Shown here: positions 59,501 to 64,000 of the stretch, in pieces
How positions within the stretch are numbered: the stretch's first letter is position 1
Layout of the letters: each line of letters opens with the position of its first letter
NCBI GenBank assembly: GCA_017617445.1
Contig: JAFZWE010000014.1
Location: 82 to 64,081 of the forward strand
Direction: 5' to 3'
Source of the DNA: Bacteroidales bacterium
GTDB lineage: Bacteria > Bacteroidota > Bacteroidia > Bacteroidales > WCHB1-69
Length of the DNA stretch: 64,000 nucleotides
The notes under the pieces: model-generated
Told to the model about the DNA's origin: nothing
The model's database searches: none
Seen by the model: only the letters and a program-made list of their open reading frames with translations
Translations under genes and position numbers: made by a program

Positions 59501-62500
59501 CCATACGATTTGATAATGACCTGCGTTACCACATTCAGGAACCCATCCGCGGAAGTGGATTCCATCGGAAAGAAGGCCAGCAGAAGTGGTATCAAAAGGC
59601 AATCGATAGCCATCCTCATAATAATAGAAGTTCAAATGCTCAATCGTACCGCAGTAGTCATCAACCGCCTGCAAGCTATTCAACCATGCAAAAAGCACAT
59701 CACGGTTGCCCTCCCCGTCGCAATCCGCCATTACACTTTGAGGTATAGTGATGAAATAAGGAGGAATCGTATCCCTTACCGCAGGTTCATCAACAAAAAC
59801 AGTTACGGTCCTAGTGCCTATACAGCCGTAAGCTGTGGTACCGGTAACTGTGTAGTTGGCCGTATTGTTCGGTCTCACCGAAATGTTCGTGCCCATGTCG
59901 CCATTGCTCCATTGATAGGTGTCCGCGCCCGTGGCGGTAAGGGTAGTGTTTTGTCCCGAGCTGATAGCAATGTTGCCGCTGACACTTACCATAGGATTCT
60001 CCACGACAACAACAGTGAACGAATCCGTGGCGGTACACCAAGGATACCTGTTGTCGTCTAATTCGGAGTAAACCTCCACATAATAGGTAGTTGTGGCACC
60101 CAGTACCGTTGTATAAACAGGACTATTGGCTCCATGGATTTTGTTGGCTTCGGCAATGGAATTCCGATACCATTGGTAGTGCAACTGGTCAATATTGCCA
60201 TTGCCCAGTGCGGCTCTCAAAACCACTTCGTTCCCGAAACATATAGTATCATCCGAGGCAATGACATGCACTTCTTCCGGAGCATCGTAAACGACAACCT
60301 GGAAAGGTTCACTCCACGCGATACAGCCATTCCCGTCGGTGACTTTTACTTTGATTTCCGTTATTCCAGGGTCTAAATAAGATTCACTTTCAAAATAATA
60401 TCGGTAAATATTGGGGGCCACATAGCTCATTCCGTCCAAATACCATTCATAGGAGGTAGTGCCAGGAGTGCTCAATTCACCGTTCACCCATGCGTTCAAC
60501 ATAATAGGAGCATACTCACATACATAGGGATTCCCTTGGATAACCACCTCTGATTGTGGGGTGACCGAAACGGTAACACTATGGATAACGGAGCAGCCAC
60601 TGCCATTGCTGCCAGTCACCGTGTAAGTGGTGGTGGATGTAGGGGTCACAGTCATGCTTTCGCCGTTTAGTCCTGTATTCCAAGAGTAATTTCTCATGCC
60701 TGAGGCTGTGAGTGTGGTACTCTCACCCGCACAGAGCACAGTGTTCCCGCTGATGGCAACAGACGGAGCATCTACAACCACAACCGTGAAGTCATCCATA
60801 GAGGTGCAAAGTGCATCGTGGTTACCCCCCGATTCTGAATAAACTTGGACATAGTAAGTAGCGGTGGCATTTGGGATGACCGAGCAGGTTGAACCATCTG
60901 CTCCAACAATCCTGTTTGCCTCGATGGTAGGATCGTTCTCGTACCACCGGTAAACTATATTATCAAGGTTGGAGTTTCCCAAGGTGGCAGTCAGCGTGAC
61001 CTCCCCACCTATGCATACAGTATCGGTATTGGCAATGATATGCGTTACAGGGGTTTCATAGACCGTGACGTAGAATGGATTGCTCCAAGAGGAACAGCCA
61101 TTGGAGTCCGCCACTTCCACTCGGTATTCGTATGTCCCAATGGGTATGTAATTCTCTTCATATTGATACCTATAGGAGTACGGTCTGAACTGACCATCCA
61201 TGTACCAATAATAATTTGTGGTAGCCGGTGCGCTCATGTCTCCATCAACCCAAGCGGTCAAAGCCACTGCGTCATATTGGCAGACATTTTGTGCGCCGGA
61301 AATGGCGACATTGTGGGTGTCGCAGAATGTGGACAGACTCACTTCCTCCCCATACCCTGTACCTGCGCTGTTCGTGGCGTACGCCCTCACATAGTAAGTA
61401 GTATTGGGTGCAAGGCCTGTTAGACTGCTGGTGAAGCTGCCCGTGCCTGTTCCGTTGGTGGTGTGATTGTCGGCAATGGTCGGGTTGTGGGCTGTGCTCC
61501 AGCACACGCCACGGGCCGTAACGGCTGCACCGCCGTCATTAGTCACATTGCCACCGCAGGTGGCGGAAATGGAGGCGATGTCGGTCACATTGCTGGTAAT
61601 CACTGTCGGGGCCAGGGAGTTGACCACAACGGTCACACTCGCCGTGCCCGTGCAGCCGTACTGGTTCGTGCCCGTCACCGTGTAGGTGGTGGTGGATGCG
61701 GGGGTTACAGTGATGGCTGCAGTGGTGGCATTGGTGCTCCACTGGTAGCTGGCGGCGCCGCTGGCCGTCAGCGTGGCACTTTGGCCATGGTTGATGGCGG
61801 TGGAACCGCTGATGCTTACCGTCGGCAATTCGTGTACCGTCACCGTCACGATCGCTGTACCCGTGCAGCCGTACTGGTTCGTGCCCGTCACCGTGTAGGT
61901 GGTAGTAGCGGTGGGCGATACGGTAATGCTTGCCGTGGTGTCACCAGTGCTCCAGACATAGCTGTTAGCACCCGATGCCGTAAGGGTGGTGCTTCCACCG
62001 GCGCAGATGGAGGTGTCGCCGCTGATGGTCACAACTGGCACTGTATGAACGTTGACAGCAACAGCCTGATCCATAGTGGAGGTGATGCAGCCAGGAGCGC
62101 TTTCCACAACAACGTGGATCATATACGGGGTCTCTCTTGCAGCCAAACCTTCAGCAACATACACATTCGTGTCGTAACCAACTGGCTGGTTGTCCAAGTA
62201 CCACTGATAAGTGTAAGTGTCAGCAGGATCAACATTGGCCGTCAGTGTGACATTGCCACCGTCGCAAACAGTGAGTGAGCCTTCAGCTACAACGCTAACT
62301 GTAGCGTGCGGGTTCACCGTTACAACCGGAGCAGCAACCTCTTCAGAGGTACAACCGCTGGCATTCAGAGTAACAATAGCACTGTATGTGATTTCAGTGA
62401 TGTCATTGTCAACAACCGTCGGGTAGTCAGTGAAGGTGTTGGCGGTGATACCAACCATCTCAGTACCATTCTTGTACCAAGTGTATGTAGCTTCGCCAAG

Positions 62501-64000
62501 GACATCTTCGAGAGTAGCATTAGCCGTCACTACAACTGCTCCACCGTCGCAAACAACAGCGTTGCTTACAGTAATGTCGGTGATAATCGGGTCTGCATGG
62601 ACATTGATCACAACGTCAGCAGAACCAATGCAATCGGAAGTGGTCTGGTAAACAAGCACCGTGTAGGTGTACGTTCCAGCTCTCAGATCGTTCGGAGTGA
62701 CATAGGTCTCTTCGTTAGCACCCGGGATGGTGTCACCTTCGAGCAACCACTGGTAAGTGAGGTTCTCAGCATTTCTGTCGATGATGTGAGATACCAAAGT
62801 GGTGGTGCCGACGACGCAGTAGTCAGCTTCAACAGCTTCAGCATTCACAACAGGAGCAGCATTCACAAGAACATTGTAAGTAGCGCTAACCGTGGTGCAA
62901 CCATTTTCGTTATGGACAATCACCTGGAAGATGTACGGATCAACGCTCGGTTCAAGAACGGTGTCGAGTTCATTCGTGGTGAAGCCGAGAGTGTTGTTGA
63001 ACAGTCTCCATTCGTAAGTGAAGCCATCAACGAGATCGCTGTGGTCATTGACATTAGCTGTCAACTGGACAGAGGTAGCATTGTTGCCCGTGCCGCAGAT
63101 AACCGGATCACCAGAGATAACAACTGTCGGATTCGGAAGGACAGTCACCGTGATGGTGGAAGAGTCGGTCACGACAGACTGGCAACCGGAAGCAGTCAGT
63201 GTAGCAACAACAGTGTAGGTATAAGTGGTGATGTCGCCGTCAACTGTGATGTCTGACTCAGTCAGAGTAGCACCGTGAGCGTTGACAATTTCTTCACCGT
63301 TTCTGGTCCAAGTGTAAACAGCGTCACCGAGGACTTCATCGTAGTAAGCAGTAGCCGTCAGAGTGTACTGACCACCTTCGCAAATGACAGTGTCATTGTC
63401 ACTAACCGTGATGGTCACTTCCACATTGTTGCACTCGGTTCTGAAACTCACCTCTTCGCCATACGCTGTCCCTACCTCATTCGTTGCGTACGCCCGCACG
63501 TAGTAGGTAGTATTCGGTGAAAGTCCGGTAATGCTGCTGATAAACGTTCCTGTACCGCTGCCGTCTTCCGTGTGGCTGTTGCTCACGGTCGGATTCTGTG
63601 AGGTGCTCCAGCACACGCCGCGGGAGGTGACGGCTGCACCGCCATCGTGAGTCACATTGCCACCGCAGGTGGCAGTAGTGGAGGCGATGTCGGTCACATT
63701 GCTGGTAATCACTGTCGGGGCCAGGGAGTTGACCTCAACGGTCACGCTCGCCGTGCCCGTGCAACCGTACTGGTTCGTGCCCGTCACCGTGTAAGTGGTG
63801 GTGGAAGTGGGAGAAACTGTGATGTCCGCGGTATTATCATTGGTGTTCCACTGGTAGCTGGTGGCGCCGGTGGCTGTCAGCGTGGCACTTTGTCCATGGT
63901 TGATGGTGGTAGTACCGCTGATGGTTACCGTCGGCAATTCACGCACCGTCACCGTCACACTCGCCGTGCCCGTGCAGCCGTATTGGTTCGTGCCCGTCAC
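53507..64000 (-). CDS. Giant repetitive cell-surface protein. This is the C-terminal 3497 codons; the N-terminus lies beyond the right edge.
   Basis: A single open frame spans the whole range. It has four Fn3-like modules (ARGVCWST..NPT...GLAPNTTYYVRAYATN), Ig-like modules (TTYTVTGTNQYGCTGTASVTV), HYR-like modules (YHVTWTATDGCGNS, YQIQWRAEDACGNV), and an unassigned domain present twice. Confidence 0.9.
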   Translation of the reverse strand: MTGTNQYGCTGTASVTVTVRELPTVTISGTTTINHGQSATLTATGATSYQWNTNDNTADITVSPTSTTTYTVTGTNQYGCTGTASVTVEVNSLAPTVITSNVTDIASTTATCGGNVTHDGGAAVTSRGVCWSTSQNPTVSNSHTEDGSGTGTFISSITGLSPNTTYYVRAYATNEVGTAYGEEVSFRTECNNVEVTITVSDNDTVICEGGQYTLTATAYYDEVLGDAVYTWTRNGEEIVNAHGATLTESDITVDGDITTYTYTVVATLTASGCQSVVTDSSTITVTVLPNPTVVISGDPVICGTGNNATSVQLTANVNDHSDLVDGFTYEWRLFNNTLGFTTNELDTVLEPSVDPYIFQVIVHNENGCTTVSATYNVLVNAAPVVNAEAVEADYCVVGTTTLVSHIIDRNAENLTYQWLLEGDTIPGANEETYVTPNDLRAGTYTYTVLVYQTTSDCIGSADVVINVHADPIITDITVSNAVVCDGGAVVVTANATLEDVLGEATYTWYKNGTEMVGITANTFTDYPTVVDNDITEITYSAIVTLNASGCTSEEVAAPVVTVNPHATVSVVAEGSLTVCDGGNVTLTANVDPADTYTYQWYLDNQPVGYDTNVYVAEGLAARETPYMIHVVVESAPGCITSTMDQAVAVNVHTVPVVTISGDTSICAGGSTTLTASGANSYVWSTGDTTASITVSPTATTTYTVTGTNQYGCTGTAIVTVTVHELPTVSISGSTAINHGQSATLTASGAASYQWSTNATTAAITVTPASTTTYTVTGTNQYGCTGTASVTVVVNSLAPTVITSNVTDIASISATCGGNVTNDGGAAVTARGVCWSTAHNPTIADNHTTNGTGTGSFTSSLTGLAPNTTYYVRAYATNSAGTGYGEEVSLSTFCDTHNVAISGAQNVCQYDAVALTAWVDGDMSAPATTNYYWYMDGQFRPYSYRYQYEENYIPIGTYEYRVEVADSNGCSSWSNPFYVTVYETPVTHIIANTDTVCIGGEVTLTATLGNSNLDNIVYRWYENDPTIEANRIVGADGSTCSVIPNATATYYVQVYSESGGNHDALCTSMDDFTVVVVDAPSVAISGNTVLCAGESTTLTASGMRNYSWNTGLNGESMTVTPTSTTTYTVTGSNGSGCSVIHSVTVSVTPQSEVVIQGNPYVCEYAPIMLNAWVNGELSTPGTTSYEWYLDGMSYVAPNIYRYYFESESYLDPGITEIKVKVTDGNGCIAWSEPFQVVVYDAPEEVHVIASDDTICFGNEVVLRAALGNGNIDQLHYQWYRNSIAEANKIHGANSPVYTTVLGATTTYYVEVYSELDDNRYPWCTATDSFTVVVVENPMVSVSGNIAISSGQNTTLTATGADTYQWSNGDMGTNISVRPNNTANYTVTGTTAYGCIGTRTVTVFVDEPAVRDTIPPYFITIPQSVMADCDGEGNRDVLFAWLNSLQAVDDYCGTIEHLNFYYYEDGYRLPFDTTSAGLLSDGIHFRGWVPECGNAGHYQIVWEAMDTYGNAAYVTEIFHITDTRSPMFTQYPINQIVECGYNPALFTDWVESMDAMDVCSGVTVTHTETFTPDCGSTGVYHVTWTATDGCGNSRLAMENWTVVDMTSPQLVNMPDAFDALPTSNDCEFLVPDFRDTVLAHYVDNGSGLYLYSQSPIAGTVITNSRNVTISFSDSCENSSTANITLYVPNVPKLKVRRLSEAAPDIANAVEHSLRDTLTSDDTNVGWEIFVDKDCVGCDPQMHVSLEYQLYRLDENSGTYQLMPDVNVHFRPQYRTFCDNMQLAYCASTINSVSIPSLYGNIGSQHYDYFNLCWLSPDYNEAYLPSGYAHTLSGDFYQDARANTILISSFGSYNATGVGDYKIVATLNKRDGGTENPTMTWDQALPYYMGGNNSTRGAVLDSVEIMFHVIAHAQVPTVVTALLSNIAPATATGGGIVVSNGGAAVTARGVCWSTSPNPTINDSHTTDGTGTGNFVSSLTNLTPNTTYYIRAYATNRAGTGYGQEVTFTTNCSGFTPFVAISGNRYICEYNNFYLNAWVNGGQNTPATTTYTWYLDGQENQGTDSYRFYYGNILPPDQVPYQISVKIEDVETGCSAWSNPFEVLVYESPAAHITAPVDTVCHGGMLALTAVIDNNGPGYLQYRWYEDSITESHRIWGATGPVLTVSADATTTYYLEVYSTIDSYVDPQCTSTDSLTVVVVDAPSVTISGDTTLCEGDTATLVATGMDYYVWSTGETGATIHVTPANATTYYVTGSNGYGCTATNDITVAVVGHPLVAIEGNHYVCEYEPITMIAWVDGDIAPLTTTYHWYLNGNPRETAQTYRYYFEESGPLPPISNPYQYSVMILDENGCATWSDPFEIDVYEAPVVHLSTSHDTIESGEEVVLTAVLESGSAEAMQYRWYRNSMAESNQILGANASVYRATPDITTVYYVEVHSSLDYSYQPLCTSIDSVAVVVWSATLPTVTTSTVTNIASTTAICGGNVTNDGGAAITARGVCWSTSQNPTVSNSHTTNGTGTGSFTSSLTGLAPNTTYYVRAYATNEVGTSYGEEVSFTTACTDGRPEFVTLPFEVYVECDGSGNQSDLLYWLEIPQAVDGNGNPLVPVPYYYNGYTFVPFDATASGLMPDGIHFYGWVEQSSCSGYYQIQWRAEDACGNVTSAMERFNVRDYGSPYFTRTNVDATFNIDSEYEQLQEWLAYPMAFDECSQTNTTVSYMGDFTTNNFSPGTYNVTWLSSDECGNTSTFSASLTIIDTTAPQIRGALEQQYIYLNEVCEYTIPNAYTDVNELPNSISITDFNLVNELVFSDIDDPNYDSYPIVVERSYIVTDSSGNTSSFEERFIVVDTTEPYVWTQNLDTIVFFIDADGFYTLPLAFTSVVELSAYGGVIDCTLLDTLIHNSTSYNFDSNTCGYNFVTREYYAVDRFGNVSVPIFEVFELMDTISPWLDVTSPVCNAEPSSNPCEFQVPDLSNYVTTHYVDNWGMSFSSFSQSPPAGCIIYDTTLAIVVFEDLCGNSTSIPIQVNVPGPLLIDGISMSSALCYGENNGSISIEVSGGTPNYTFSYGDATNTIPTSLNAVTFPNIAAGSYIVTVTDATGCIASETITVTQPTELILTSFIYNNHTCDNVPVILYAELNGGYGDYTITATLLDDSMNPVQELGSANNNYIYEDAYLPGGNYYIVFHGIDANGCYISDTSDLIIIYPSYSFAQTERVSYSEASTNGYDWYDDASHFRMHIPASVFTTPDSIYIFSDSLFTINGCDSIYTVYLSVSDAPFLKVRSLSQAQPDISNAIRQTIYDTFSGDETDVGWEIFVDRNGVDCSQDIKVSLRYEIYRYDEWSDTYVLLDYVGGYFAPSYYTFNDNQQQYPVYTDNGTVYIPDAYPRYPVYTASCQHFDYFNLCWLAPMYDISCIQSIYPSFINYEGFYEGGRANTIKINTLLQSGDYKIVVSLFSCTMGASYSWATIPCTIDSHSPTIGGRASSIDGLLDSIEIFFHVESSFLPSPER
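61570..61625 (-). repeat. Exact 56-nt repeat, copy A, within the giant gene
   Basis: tggaggcgatgtcggtcacattgctggtaatcactgtcggggccagggagttgacc is identical to 63679-63734, 2109 nt (703 codons) away. Confidence 0.85.
63679..63734 (-). repeat. Exact 56-nt repeat, copy B, within the giant gene
   Basis: Identical to 61570-61625. The flanking ~250-nt Fn3-like and Ig-like cassettes are also highly similar. Confidence 0.85.

Noticed and set aside
54320-63520. Many plus-strand ORFs of 60-330 aa inside the right giant gene
   Set aside because: They are shadow ORFs of the continuous 3497-codon minus-strand frame.
61370-64000. Regularly spaced repeats that could look like a CRISPR array
   Set aside because: The units are about 250 nt long, imperfect, and lie in frame within one ORF as protein-domain repeats. 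There is no 25-40 nt direct-repeat/spacer architecture and there are no cas genes.

Overview
This 64 kb window looks like a chromosomal segment of a Bacteroidota (Bacteroidales-like) genome. The evidence is about 17 TAnnTTTG -7 promoter boxes placed just upstream of genes, a T9SS C-terminal sorting domain, and DUF1573, DUF4293, BACON, GH97 and FISUMP-type families.

Both edges carry giant, highly repetitive cell-surface protein genes on the minus strand. The left one (1..5979) is absent from the supplied ORF track because it has no in-window stop. I translated it by hand. The right one (53507..64000) is 3497 codons long and is still missing its N-terminus.

Between them lie ordinary housekeeping operons:
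- arcC, then nusB-DUF1573-yajC-YbbR
- fadD-like
- adenosine kinase-ispE-DUF2520-kdsC
- degT...rfbC
- aminotransferase-ldt-GT2-rsmE-folA
- ygiQ, lgt, cdaA, ruvB
- GH97 and vanX-like
- tRNA-Lys(UUU) and tRNA-Ser(CGA)

The most unusual content is a tightly packed minus-strand cluster at about 33.1-44.0 kb. It encodes five FHA-domain proteins, two Hanks-type Ser/Thr kinases, one PP2C phosphatase, a vWA-like ectodomain protein, a small Rossmannoid (macro/SLOG-like) protein, an exported BACON+MORN-repeat protein, and an FHA-CD225 fusion followed by DUF2752. Most of these are single-pass membrane proteins.

Secondary observations:
- a catalytically dead GAPDH homologue
- a PP-loop protein of unknown role
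- a decayed patch at 48.8-50.1 kb holding a TIR N-terminal stub, a FISUMP fragment and a frameshifted DUF1295 gene
- a duplicated tRNA-Ser 3' end
- an unassigned ~220-aa domain present twice in the right giant protein
- near-identical GC-rich cassettes within that gene
- short slippage-prone repeats in GH97 and a GT2 gene

I saw no CRISPR array, integrase, transposase or rRNA. All domain calls come from motif recognition by eye, not from searches.
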